DNA of 64,000 nucleotides from Gemmatimonadota bacterium (GCA_036679605.1 JAZDCZ010000289.1:32001-96000); one strand, 5' to 3'. Counted from the first letter of the stretch, positions 10,434 through 20,351 are shown. Notes: a model not told the origin generated them from the sequence alone. Translations and numbers: made by a program.

Positions 10434-10961
10434 CTACGGGCTGACCTGAACTTGTTCGCCATTGCTCAACGAGCTGACGTACATTGCCAATGCAATCGAC
10501 TCTTTGGATTTGAGATCTAGTGCTTTGCCTTGCATGAACATCTTGATGCAGTTGTTGTCCATTTGGCTCAGGGTGATCACCTCGTTATTGGGGACCTTGA
10601 ATTTAGGAAATTTTGCGGCCGCACCAACTAGTGAGGGAACAGGGATTTTCATTTCGGTCATCGGTATCTGGGCTTCGCCACCGGTAGTGCCGCCACCCGG
10701 GTGACAGGACGAGCAAGTCTGCCCGTTGCTTCCCAGACTTCTGTCTTTGAAGAGTTGGCCACCGTACGCCAACGCTTCCCCTTGTTTGTTCATCATATGA
10801 GCTTGCCGTTCCTCCATGCTCATATCCATCATTACCTTGTCCATGTTTTCCATGGAACTCATCAAATCACCCATCCCCATCATGCCGGCCATCATGCCGC
10901 AACCAGAAACCAGAGAAGCTGTCAGCACGCAGCCAAAAACTGCTCCAACCCTTCTTGACAT
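10434..10961 (-). CDS. monoheme c-type cytochrome lipoprotein, SoxA/TsdA-like fold (paralogue of downstream gene)
   Basis: Start moved to ATG 10961 (AGGAGG RBS). Lipobox LVSGC, Met-rich segment, CSSCH, AAAKFPKF..VITL...NNCIKMFM.G...LSNG. Confidence 0.82.
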   Translation of the reverse strand: MSRRVGAVFGCVLTASLVSGCGMMAGMMGMGDLMSSMENMDKVMMDMSMEERQAHMMNKQGEALAYGGQLFKDRSLGSNGQTCSSCHPGGGTTGGEAQIPMTEMKIPVPSLVGAAAKFPKFKVPNNEVITLSQMDNNCIKMFMQGKALDLKSKESIALAMYVSSLSNGEQVQVSP

Positions 10962-11612
10962 TAGAACCCTCCTGTTTCTTCCGAAAAATGAAATGTCTTC
11001 CGAGCGTGATACGGAGATGCCATCAGCGACCGCGAGACGAATCATCCACACCCGCATCGGGTCTGGATGGCGCAAGCCAACGGCACATACTTGGTGAAAC
11101 GGGATCGACGGTCACTCTTTTTATCAGAACTGTGCCAACTTCGTTGAGGTTTTCCTCGTCGGGTTACCCGGCGAGGGCACCACCTTCACACTGTTGGACG
11201 GATCGGAGAGGGCTGAATACGGAGTAAACGCATAGTCGGATGATTTGGTTCCCGAAGTAACCAACGAAGCTGGCATTCGGTTGATACGAATTGAGAGGGC
11301 GGCCACCCGTCAAGACCATAAGCTCTTGTTGATTAAAGATTTAAGGCTATCTTCGATCCCCGGGGCGGTCAGGATCATGCCCAGGATCCAAGCAAGCCGA
11401 TCGTTATGCCGTCGAGTCTCTGGCCACTTTCCGCTCGGAGCCCTATTCTTCACCCTGTCCTAGCCAGGAAATGTCGATCCTTGACCGATCAGTTGTACCA
11501 GCCATCCGCCGAGTGGCCCGCCTGGAAGCGGGAAAAGCAAAGAGCCGAACGACAAATCGCTCTGCTCTATTGGCACAAGCGGGAGTGGACAGCCAACAAT
11601 GAGAGTTTCTGA

Positions 11613-14600
11613 GTGAGCGAACTCGAGTCCCGGCTACAAACAGCCGTTGGCGATACCTACCGCATCGAGAAGGAGCTGGGCGGCGGAGGGATGAGCCGCG
11701 TGTTCCTGGCCGAGGAGACTCGGCTAGGTCGCAAGGTCGTGATCAAGGTGCTGCCGCCCGAGATGTCTGCCGGTGTGAGCGTGGAACGGTTCGAGCGTGA
11801 GATCCGGCTAGCCGCCAAACTGCAGCACCCCCACATCGTGCCACTCCTTACGGCAGGATCTCGAGACGATCTGCTCTACTATGTGATGCCTTACATCGAG
11901 GGAGAGTCCCTGCGGGCCAAGCTGACCAGGGAGGGCGAGCTACCGATGGGCGAGTCACTCCGGATCTTGAGGGACGTGGCCGACGCCCTGGCGTACGCTC
12001 ATGAGCAGGGGGTGGTGCACCGCGACATCAAACCCGACAACGTGCTTTTATCCCGCAACCACGCGGTGGTTACGGACTTCGGAGTAGCCAAGGCTGTGAG
12101 CGCGTCCACTGGCGGTCAGTCGTTGACGTCAATGGGCATAGCGCTGGGCACGCCTGCGTACATGGCTCCGGAACAGGCAGCAGCAGACCCCCATGTGGAT
12201 CATCGTGCGGATCTGTATGCGCTGGGTGTGCTGGCCTACGAGATGTTGAGTGGCCGGCCGCCGTTTATGGGTCCCAATCCACAGGCGGTGTTGAGCGCCC
12301 ACATGACGTTGGCGCCCGATCCTGTTTCTGTGCACCGCTCGACAGTGTCCGCCGCTCTAAACGAACTCATTATGCGGTGCTTGGAGAAGAAGGCTGCCGA
12401 TCGGTGGCAGCGCGCGGACGACCTACGGGTGCAGTTCGAGGCGATGACGACGCCGAGTGGTGGCATGACGCCAACGGGTACGCAACCGGTGCCGGCGGTT
12501 TCCATTTCGTCAGCCGAGCGTGCGGCGCAGAACTCACATCCGATGCGAGTGTTGGGTTTGTTTGGCCTGGCCTCGGTGGGAGCCTTGGCGATTGTCTATT
12601 TCCTGGTGCAATTGATTGGGCTGCCGGACTGGGTGTTCTACGGGGCGATCGGCGTGCTGGCAGTCGGCTTACCCATCGTTCTCATGACCGGGCGTAGAGA
12701 GCGTCAGGTGGCGATGGCGACGATGACTGGCATGTCGTTGGCGACGCCGGTGGGCATGGAGCGGCACTTCACCTGGCGCAAGTCGCTTGTTGGAGGGGGG
12801 TTGGCGTTTGCCGGGCTAGGTGTGTTCGCCGCCATCTACATGGCAACGCGGACGCTGGGGATCGGGCCGGCCGCGACCCTAATGTCGACCGGGGCGTTCG
12901 GCCGGCGCGACTTGATTATTCTAGCGGCGTTCGAGAACCGGACGGCCGATTCCACCCTCGGCTCAACTGTCACGGAACTGCTTCGCATAAGTCTGTCGGG
13001 ATCGCCCGTGATCCGAATCGCCGATCCGGCGCGCCTCTCGGAGAGCCTCGCGCGCATGCAGCTCCCGCCGGGCGCCCGCATCGACGAGGTTGTCGCCCGC
13101 GAGATCGCCGAGCGGGAGAGTATCAAGGCGGTGATCGCCGGAGAAGTGGTGCCCTTGGGTGACGGCTACCTCGTCTCTGCCCGCATGGTCTCGGCGACCG
13201 GTGACGTGTTGACGGCACAGCAGGCGTCCGCTGCAGACGCGGGTAAACTTGTCGCGGCGGTCGACGATCTCTCCGGCAAGTTGCGCGAGCGCATCGGGGA
13301 GTCGTTGCGTACGATCCGCCGCACCCTTCCGCTCGAACTTGTGACCACGGGTTCGTTGCGTGCGCTCCGATTGTACGCTCAGGCCACGCAAGCCGAAGTC
13401 ACAGGCGATGACTATAGGGCGGTGGCATTGCTCGAGCAAGCCATTGCGGAAGACTCGCTGTTTGCGATGGCACACCGCAAGATCGCGACAGTTCTTGCGA
13501 ACAATTTCGAGCAGTTCGGGAGGGCGAGGGAGGCAGCGACTAGGGCCTACGAGCTACGCGACCGACTGACAGAGCTGGAGCGCGGCTACACGATCGCGCA
13601 ATACCACACCGATGTGACCGGCCGGCGCGAAGAGGCATTGGCTGCGTATCGGACCATCCTGGAACGCTATCCCGACGATCATCGGGCACTCAATAATTCG
13701 GGCGTGTTGTACTTCCAGCTCGGTGACGACGAACGAGCGAGAGATTTCTATCAACGCGCTTTGGACATCGATTCCACCTGGTCGGTGGGTTTCACGAACC
13801 TCGCTTGGGAGCAAAAGAACCTGGGCGACTTCGACGTTGCCCGGCAGACGCTGGATGCCATGCAGGAGCGATTCCCCGGCAATCCTCGGATCGAGAACGC
13901 TCGAGGCGTGCTTGCCATGGCGCAGACCGATTATGCGGGAGCACAGGATCACTGGACGAACGTCCTCGAGTCGCAAAGCGGAAATCTAGCTTGGCGAGCG
14001 GATGCGTCGCAGCAGCAGGCGATGTTGGCGGCAACTCAGGGGCAATACCGCAGGGGCGAGCAATATTTCGGAGATGCGCTGTCTGCCTTGCAACAGCGCG
14101 AGGTTTCGACCCAACGGCTGATCACGCAGTGGGAATTCGACAGACTGCTGGTGATGCCCGATCGCGCGGTACCCGAGCGGCTGCTGGAGGTCATCGCGCC
14201 CGCCGTAATGGATTCGCTGGCGGTTCCCGATCGATTGTACGAGTCGATCGTGCAATACTTTGCCCTGCGGGGCGATGCACAGCGTGCGGAGCAGTTCCTG
14301 CGGGACATGGAGCGATCCGGCTACCCAGAACTTGGACTCGCTATGCGGCGTGGCTTCGACCGGTCACGAGGATGGGCCGCAATCGCAGCGGGTGATACCG
14401 AACAGGGCCTGACGTATCTCCGTGCCGGTGTCGATGGCTTCGTCTGCGGGCCCTGTGCCAACGGGATGATGGCCATGGCGCACGACGCGGCCGGAAACGC
14501 AGACTCATCACTGGTGTATTGGGAAGCTTATCTACAGACCAATTGGGGCATACCAGGCATTGAATCGTGGGCCCGGCCGGCGGCATACCGGCGTCTCGGC

Positions 14601-14747
14601 GAGATCTACGAGGCGCGCGGCGACTCGGACAAGGCGGTCGAGTACTACGACAAGTTCGTGGATCTCTGGAAAGACGCGGACGCCGAACTACAACCGCAGG
14701 TCAAGGACGTGCGGGAGCGGATCGCCAGGTTAGTGGGGGAACGATAG
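11613..14747 (+). CDS. Hanks-type Ser/Thr kinase with TM helices and C-terminal TPR region
   Basis: LGGGGMSRVF, HRDIKPDNVL, DFGVAK, GTPAYMAPEQ, then three hydrophobic segments and TPR-like helical repeats. Confidence 0.93.
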   Translation: MSELESRLQTAVGDTYRIEKELGGGGMSRVFLAEETRLGRKVVIKVLPPEMSAGVSVERFEREIRLAAKLQHPHIVPLLTAGSRDDLLYYVMPYIEGESLRAKLTREGELPMGESLRILRDVADALAYAHEQGVVHRDIKPDNVLLSRNHAVVTDFGVAKAVSASTGGQSLTSMGIALGTPAYMAPEQAAADPHVDHRADLYALGVLAYEMLSGRPPFMGPNPQAVLSAHMTLAPDPVSVHRSTVSAALNELIMRCLEKKAADRWQRADDLRVQFEAMTTPSGGMTPTGTQPVPAVSISSAERAAQNSHPMRVLGLFGLASVGALAIVYFLVQLIGLPDWVFYGAIGVLAVGLPIVLMTGRRERQVAMATMTGMSLATPVGMERHFTWRKSLVGGGLAFAGLGVFAAIYMATRTLGIGPAATLMSTGAFGRRDLIILAAFENRTADSTLGSTVTELLRISLSGSPVIRIADPARLSESLARMQLPPGARIDEVVAREIAERESIKAVIAGEVVPLGDGYLVSARMVSATGDVLTAQQASAADAGKLVAAVDDLSGKLRERIGESLRTIRRTLPLELVTTGSLRALRLYAQATQAEVTGDDYRAVALLEQAIAEDSLFAMAHRKIATVLANNFEQFGRAREAATRAYELRDRLTELERGYTIAQYHTDVTGRREEALAAYRTILERYPDDHRALNNSGVLYFQLGDDERARDFYQRALDIDSTWSVGFTNLAWEQKNLGDFDVARQTLDAMQERFPGNPRIENARGVLAMAQTDYAGAQDHWTNVLESQSGNLAWRADASQQQAMLAATQGQYRRGEQYFGDALSALQQREVSTQRLITQWEFDRLLVMPDRAVPERLLEVIAPAVMDSLAVPDRLYESIVQYFALRGDAQRAEQFLRDMERSGYPELGLAMRRGFDRSRGWAAIAAGDTEQGLTYLRAGVDGFVCGPCANGMMAMAHDAAGNADSSLVYWEAYLQTNWGIPGIESWARPAAYRRLGEIYEARGDSDKAVEYYDKFVDLWKDADAELQPQVKDVRERIARLVGER

Positions 14748-14803
14748 GGTCCGGTGACAAGGTGAACAAGCCCGCAGCGTTCTCGCGGGCGGTGATACAG
14801 TAG

Positions 14804-15406
14804 CTACTGCCTCACCCGGGAAAGGTACGTCCGCGCCACCTGAATGTGGTTTTCCGCGATCCTGAAGAAGGACTCAACCATCAGCTTCCGTGGCAGCGTT
14901 TCCTTGTTCGGGGTCTCCGGCACGTGTCTCAACTGTTCCAGGGCTTCCGTCAGTCGTTGGTGGGCTAGCCTGAGGTTCTTGTCGCTGGCGGAGTCGAGAC
15001 CATCGACAAACGGACTGCCGGCTCCGTCTAGTTCGGTTAGCCAGTCTTTCGACCATAGGTGCCACTCCCGGACTAGCTCACTCATGTCCGGGGATCCTGG
15101 TGCCGTTTCCGAGCCCCGCTCCTCGATACGGAGAGCGTTCTGTAGGCCAGCCGCCCTCATTGCGTCGAGCTTGTCGGCCCATCGAGCCATGTTTCGTATC
15201 GGTGCCAGCTTGGCGTCGACGTCTGATGGTGCTGAGTGAATGGGATCCGCAGCCGGTGCTGATTCTGAGTGCCGGGACAGGAACAGCGGAATCGATACCG
15301 CCAGAGCGAGCGCGGCGAGCAGCAGGAGCGACAGTTTTCCCGGCGATATCGCACCGGATTCGTCGTTGGGTACGTAATGTCTGAGAGGTACTGTGAGCTT
15401 TGTCAT
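14804..15406 (-). CDS. hypothetical membrane-anchored protein
   Basis: 200 aa ORF with one N-terminal hydrophobic helix followed by a helical soluble part. Confidence 0.65.
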   Translation of the reverse strand: MTKLTVPLRHYVPNDESGAISPGKLSLLLLAALALAVSIPLFLSRHSESAPAADPIHSAPSDVDAKLAPIRNMARWADKLDAMRAAGLQNALRIEERGSETAPGSPDMSELVREWHLWSKDWLTELDGAGSPFVDGLDSASDKNLRLAHQRLTEALEQLRHVPETPNKETLPRKLMVESFFRIAENHIQVARTYLSRVRQ

Positions 15407-15447
15407 GGAGAGAAAATACTATAGCGCGTTCAGGAAATGCAGGTCAC

Positions 15448-16101
15448 TTACTGATTGAGAAGTTCGGTTACCTCAAAGTAATAGCCGCCCTCGATGCAAC
15501 TGGCTAGGTCACTCAGGTACTGGCAAAACTTTTCCCGGGTAACACCTGAATGGATCTTGGCAACGATCGGCCAGCGTGAAGCCGCGTAGTCTTCATCGAC
15601 CGATCCGGAAATGGCGGTACCTCCCTCGATCTTTCCGTAGAAACTATCTCCCGCCCAGTTCTTCGCTTCGTCGGCGAGATAGATCCCACACCGAGGACCG
15701 TGTCCCGGAAACGAACGATCGCCAGTGCCGGCGGTTTGCTCGATGCTCCGCCGGGGTTCAGTTTCAGCCGGGCTGGAGATGCCCGGAACCACAGTGCCGG
15801 TCCATCTCCAATAGATCGCCGAGCCGATGTTGGGGTCCATGAAGAACCCTTCTCCCGTTGCCTCCAAGAGTCTTCTGAGATACCAGGCGAGCTTTTCGGC
15901 AGTTACGGATGCTTGGGCTTTGATGGTGATTGGCCACTTACAGTCGGCGAAGTCTTCGCCTATGGAAGCTGTTATGATCGGAAAGTCGGAAGCGGGCTCC
16001 GTTTTGCCACGTTCCACGGCATAGGGGTCCTCCATTCCCATCGTATAGATACCGCAAATCCGTCCCATTCCGGTAAGCGACCGTCTTGCCATGGTCGTCA
16101 A
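15448..16101 (-). CDS. hypothetical protein with an internal tandem domain duplication
   Basis: AAAGGAGG RBS before TTG 16101. Two similar halves (CGIY...EDFADCKWPI...VTAEKL..YL..L / CGIY...EDYAASRWPI...VTREKF..YL..L). Confidence 0.75.
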   Translation of the reverse strand: MTTMARRSLTGMGRICGIYTMGMEDPYAVERGKTEPASDFPIITASIGEDFADCKWPITIKAQASVTAEKLAWYLRRLLEATGEGFFMDPNIGSAIYWRWTGTVVPGISSPAETEPRRSIEQTAGTGDRSFPGHGPRCGIYLADEAKNWAGDSFYGKIEGGTAISGSVDEDYAASRWPIVAKIHSGVTREKFCQYLSDLASCIEGGYYFEVTELLNQ

Positions 16102-16211
16102 CCTCCTTTGAAGGAGCGCCCCACTGTATATAGGGAGTTTTACCTCAGTTCACCAGATCTTGTAGAATCTACCGCTTTCATGACCGACGTGGTCGGTTAG
16201 GTTGTGTCATA

Positions 16212-16910
16212 ATGTCTACGCCTGCCAAATACCGTCGAGCCGCTTGGTTCGGGCTTTCGAAACAAGTCGCTTCCAGCGAGTGGGACGGTCTCCTTTGGGG
16301 CTGTGCTGCAGTCTCGCTCTTGGGGATCGTGTTGACCAAGTTTGTGCCGGCAGCAAGTAAGCTCGCTGTACTATTCTCAGTCACATTACTTGCGAACGGG
16401 CCTTATGGTGCATTCATACCGGCGGCGCAGGAAGCAATTGTAATGGTATTCGCGAGGCTATATCACCCGGCGGTCGTGGCCTTGGTTGCGACTATCGGCG
16501 CGACCGCGGTCGAGTATGTTAACTATCGGCTTTTCACGGCGGCCGTCCACTCGCAATATCTCGTGAAGATGCGCCGCTCCGCACAGTGGCGCAGAGTGGT
16601 TGGTTGGTTTGAGATCCAACCGTTCACCGCCGTGTTTGTGACCGCACTAGTGCCCATTCCGTTTGTACTTGCTCGTATCGTTGCGACCGCTGCGCGGTAT
16701 CCGGTAGCTCGGTTTCTGACGGCTAATGCGCTGGCTAGATTTCCGCGATTCTGGTTGTATGGGGCCTTGGGTGTCATGATACCTCTCAGCACTCTAGGGC
16801 TCACCATAGCAGGACTCGGTTTTTCTGTGGTGCTCGGATTTGGGATCTGGTGGCGTCGCTATAGACGACCGGCAAATTCTTTGGAGAGAGCGCTCCCGGT
16901 GCTCGACTAA
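16212..16910 (+). CDS. VTT/DedA (SNARE-associated) family membrane protein
   Basis: Hydrophobic 232 aa ORF with GATAVEYVNY, LVPIPF...YPVARFLTANALARFPRF pattern. Confidence 0.72.
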   Translation: MSTPAKYRRAAWFGLSKQVASSEWDGLLWGCAAVSLLGIVLTKFVPAASKLAVLFSVTLLANGPYGAFIPAAQEAIVMVFARLYHPAVVALVATIGATAVEYVNYRLFTAAVHSQYLVKMRRSAQWRRVVGWFEIQPFTAVFVTALVPIPFVLARIVATAARYPVARFLTANALARFPRFWLYGALGVMIPLSTLGLTIAGLGFSVVLGFGIWWRRYRRPANSLERALPVLD

Positions 16911-16973
16911 CCCAGGGTGCCCTTCCCTGGTTACGTGGGCTCCAAGAGATGATTTGGAGTCGAGGAGAGACTA

Positions 16974-17429
16974 ATGACCATGACTCGTTTTGGATTGCTA
17001 TTTGTGGGTACACTTGCGACGGCCGCCCTTGCCTGCGCTGGTGACGGGACCAGCGGTCCGCCGGACGATAACGGGAACGGGAATAACGGGGATGGGACAG
17101 TAAGTTTTGCTGCTTCGGTGCAGCCGATTTTCACCGCAAGCTGTGCACTGTCCGGATGTCACGCGGGACTGACTCCTCAGGTGGGGCAAAACCTGAGCCA
17201 AGGACAGGCGTTCTCGAACATCGTAAGCGTGCCCGCCGTCGAGGTACCGGGACTGATGCGAGTGCGTCCCAATTCACCGGATTCCAGTTATTTGGTCCAC
17301 AAGATTCAGGGCACTCAGGGTACTGTGGGAGGATCGGGTGCCCGCATGCCCCTTACCGGTTGCTGTCTGGACCAGGCGCAGATCGATATCATTCGCACGT
17401 GGATTAGCCAGGGCGCCGTCAACAATTGA
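16974..17429 (+). CDS. lipoprotein with atypical heme-binding motif (CX4CH), cytochrome c-like
   Basis: GAGGAG RBS, lipobox ALAC, VSFAASVQPIF..SCALSGCH, SYLVHKIQG, RMP, IRTWISQGA. Confidence 0.75.
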   Translation: MTMTRFGLLFVGTLATAALACAGDGTSGPPDDNGNGNNGDGTVSFAASVQPIFTASCALSGCHAGLTPQVGQNLSQGQAFSNIVSVPAVEVPGLMRVRPNSPDSSYLVHKIQGTQGTVGGSGARMPLTGCCLDQAQIDIIRTWISQGAVNN

Positions 17430-17484
17430 CAAATGTAGTGCTGCGGTGCCCTTTCGCTGGTAACACTGTCCAAGGGGATTCCTA

Positions 17485-18570
17485 ATGGAGACAAGGAGTT
17501 CGAGTTTAGCTGCCGTAGTTGTCATCGTCGCCACTTTTTGCATGACTGACCTGCATGCAAGGGAGACGGAGCCGTACCTGGCGCTGCGAACAGGTCTAAA
17601 GTGCTCGCAGTGCCACGTGAATCGAACCGGGGGTGGGGGGCGGTCAGACTTTGGCAGCGCATGGGCGCAGACCGTCCTGCCGCTTCGCACGGTGGGAATT
17701 AGGAGCCGGTCGATCAATGATTGGATCTCAGTCGGTATGGATCTGCGCTACCGTGCGCGAGCCACGGTCACAGACGCCACGCCTCGCAGCGATCTAGGAT
17801 TGAGCGAGGCCCAGCTCCAGCTAGAGGGCAAGCTCATACCCGACCGTCTGTCGTTTTACATCGATGAGAAGTTGGGTCCGAATGGGGCGGACGCACGAGA
17901 ACTTTTTGTGCTGGTCGAGCAGTTGCCACTCAATGGCTATGCGAAGGTCGGAAAGTTCATGCTTCCCTTTGGATGGCGGCTGTGGGACGACGACGCTTTC
18001 ATTCGTGCACAGACGGGCTTCACCTACCAGACCCCGGATCAAGGAGTCGAAGTGGGCTTCGAGCCTGGTCCGCTCTCTTTTTCCGTGGCGCTATCGAACG
18101 GCAACCAGGGAGGTGTAGAGAACGACAGCGAGAAGCAGATCACGTCAAGCGCAGCGTTGATCTATCGGCGATTTCGGTTTGGTGGATCTGTATCGCACAA
18201 CAGTACGTCAACCAGTAGACGTAACGTTTTCGGTGGCTTCGGGGGGTTCAACGTCGGTCGCCTGGTCGTGTTGGGGGAGGCCGACTGGGTCCAGGATTCG
18301 TTTGATGGAGCGGCTGACGTCGACCAGTTCGTTGGATACATAGAAGGAGATTATCTTGCTACAAAGGGTGTCAACGCCAAAGTAACCTACGGCTTTCACG
18401 ATCCGAGCAGGGACATATCCGACAACCAACGAATAAGAATGAGGTTTGGGCTAGAGACGTTTCCGGTGACCTTCGTGCAGTTGTCCGCGTTCTACACCTT
18501 GCTAGATGATATTCCCCAGGTTACAACAGATGTGGACGTCGTGAGTGTAGAGCTGCATGTGCATTTCTAG
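17485..18570 (+). CDS. outer-membrane beta-barrel protein with N-terminal CXXCH
   Basis: Signal peptide, LKCSQCHVNRTGGG, alternating beta-strand pattern, C-terminal Phe (ELHVHF). Confidence 0.75.
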   Translation: METRSSSLAAVVVIVATFCMTDLHARETEPYLALRTGLKCSQCHVNRTGGGGRSDFGSAWAQTVLPLRTVGIRSRSINDWISVGMDLRYRARATVTDATPRSDLGLSEAQLQLEGKLIPDRLSFYIDEKLGPNGADARELFVLVEQLPLNGYAKVGKFMLPFGWRLWDDDAFIRAQTGFTYQTPDQGVEVGFEPGPLSFSVALSNGNQGGVENDSEKQITSSAALIYRRFRFGGSVSHNSTSTSRRNVFGGFGGFNVGRLVVLGEADWVQDSFDGAADVDQFVGYIEGDYLATKGVNAKVTYGFHDPSRDISDNQRIRMRFGLETFPVTFVQLSAFYTLLDDIPQVTTDVDVVSVELHVHF

Positions 18571-18628
18571 GGGCGTTGCTCTACCACCGCTGTTACATTG
18601 TTGCCGTCGAATCTAGGAGCCCGAACTT

Positions 18629-20257
18629 ATGAACGGTTGTTTTCAAACTCCGATCCCAGTCAACGAGCCGGTGCGCTCCTACCTGCCAGGCACGCCGGAA
18701 CGAACGGCGATCAAGACAAGACTGAAAGAGATGGAGTCGCAGGAGATCGAGATCCCTTTGTTGATAGGCGGCAAGGAGATCCACACTAGAAAAACATCCA
18801 CGAATGTAATTCCGCATCGTCACTCACACTCTCTTGCCAAGTGGCACTGGGCAGGGTCTGCGGAAGTGAAGAGCGCCATCAAAGCCGCTAAGAAGGCTCA
18901 ACTAGAGTGGGCATTATGGTCGTTCGAAGAGAGAGCGAGCGTGTTCTTGAGGGCGGCGGATTTGTTGGCCAGCACGTGGAGAGACACTTTGAATGCAGCA
19001 ACGATGCTGTGTCAGAGCAAGACCGTGCATCAAGCTGAGATAGATGCCGCCTGTGAGCTGATCGATTTCCTCCGCTTCAACGTCCAGTTCGCCGAACGTC
19101 TCTACGAAGACCAGCCGATATCGTCTCCTGGGATGTGGAATCGAATGGACTACCGTCCCCTCGAAGGATTTGTCTATGCAATCACTCCGTTTAACTTCAC
19201 ATCCATAGCTGGGAATCTTCCTACCGCCCCAGCCCTCATGGGCAACACCGTTATCTGGAAGCCGTCGAGGACTACCGTGCTCAGCGGGTACTACCTAGCA
19301 CGTCTCTTTGAGGCGGCTGGTATGCCGCCGGGCGTAATCAACTTCATTCCCGGCGAATCGCGCGACATAACGGAGGTTGCTCTCACACATCCTGATTTCG
19401 CCGGCATTCATTTCACGGGATCTACCTCGGTGTTTCAACAGTTTTGGCACACCATCGGAGCGAATATCCAGAACTATCGCTCCTACCCGCGCATAGTTGG
19501 TGAGACGGGTGGAAAGGATTTCATCGTTGCGCACGCCAGCGCCGATGCAGACGCGCTTGTTACGGCGATAGTGCGGGGTGCGTTCGAGTACCAGGGCCAG
19601 AAATGCAGTGCTGCGTCGCGGGTCTACATCCCGGACGTGTTGTGGAAGGGAATAAAGGATCGCTTGATCGCCCAGACCGAAGAACTGACGATGGGAGACG
19701 TCACTGACTTCAGAAATTTCTTGGGAGCCGTAATAGATGCGAACGCATTCAAGAAAATCACGGAGTATATAGAAGGTGTGCGGACTTCGAGTGATGCGGA
19801 AATCCTTGTCGGCGGAGATTCCGACGACAGTGAAGGATTTTTCGTTAGCCCGACCGTCGTGCTGGCCGACAAACCAGACTACCGCACCATGTGTGAGGAG
19901 ATATTTGGCCCGGTAGTGAGCGTGTACATCTATCCCGAAAAGAAATGGAAGCAAGTGCTGGAATTGGTGGATACGACTTCGCAGTACGCACTGACAGGAG
20001 CTGTTTTTGCGGGCGACAGAGATGCTGTGAGGGAGGCCGGGGTGGCATTGCGAAACGCTGCAGGCAACTTCTACATAAACGACAAACCTACCGGAGCCGT
20101 TGTAGGACAACAGCCATTCGGCGGCGCGCGCGCTAGCGGAACAAACGACAAGGCCGGATCGATGCTGAATTTGGTTAGGTGGGTGTCGGCGAGGACCATA
20201 AAGGAAACGTTTGTCCCTCCGACAGACTGGAAGTATCCCTTCATGAGTGCGGAGTAA
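18629..20257 (+). CDS. pruA: L-glutamate gamma-semialdehyde (delta-1-pyrroline-5-carboxylate) dehydrogenase
   Basis: NEPVRSY, AEIDAACELIDFLRFN, PFNFTSIAGNL, GETGGKDF, FEYQGQKCSAASR, GQQPFGGARASGTNDKAGS. Confidence 0.96.
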   Translation: MNGCFQTPIPVNEPVRSYLPGTPERTAIKTRLKEMESQEIEIPLLIGGKEIHTRKTSTNVIPHRHSHSLAKWHWAGSAEVKSAIKAAKKAQLEWALWSFEERASVFLRAADLLASTWRDTLNAATMLCQSKTVHQAEIDAACELIDFLRFNVQFAERLYEDQPISSPGMWNRMDYRPLEGFVYAITPFNFTSIAGNLPTAPALMGNTVIWKPSRTTVLSGYYLARLFEAAGMPPGVINFIPGESRDITEVALTHPDFAGIHFTGSTSVFQQFWHTIGANIQNYRSYPRIVGETGGKDFIVAHASADADALVTAIVRGAFEYQGQKCSAASRVYIPDVLWKGIKDRLIAQTEELTMGDVTDFRNFLGAVIDANAFKKITEYIEGVRTSSDAEILVGGDSDDSEGFFVSPTVVLADKPDYRTMCEEIFGPVVSVYIYPEKKWKQVLELVDTTSQYALTGAVFAGDRDAVREAGVALRNAAGNFYINDKPTGAVVGQQPFGGARASGTNDKAGSMLNLVRWVSARTIKETFVPPTDWKYPFMSAE

Positions 20258-20351
20258 GCACCCGAACTGCACCCGCCTAGTGACCCAAGCACTTGCGGAT
20301 CGCTCCGCTTTTTCAGACCTTAGCTCTGTGCCGTCTCCAGAACGTGGGATT

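Noticed and set aside
9843..10961. Naming the cytochromes soxA or tsdA
   Set aside because: They are single-domain, lack the usual Arg near the Cys, and have no sox context. Only fold-level similarity is claimed.
11122..11139. Sigma54 promoter for the cytochrome module (TTGGCACAGTTCTGAT, minus strand)
   Set aside because: The -24 element fits but the -12 GC is replaced by GA, too weak to call.
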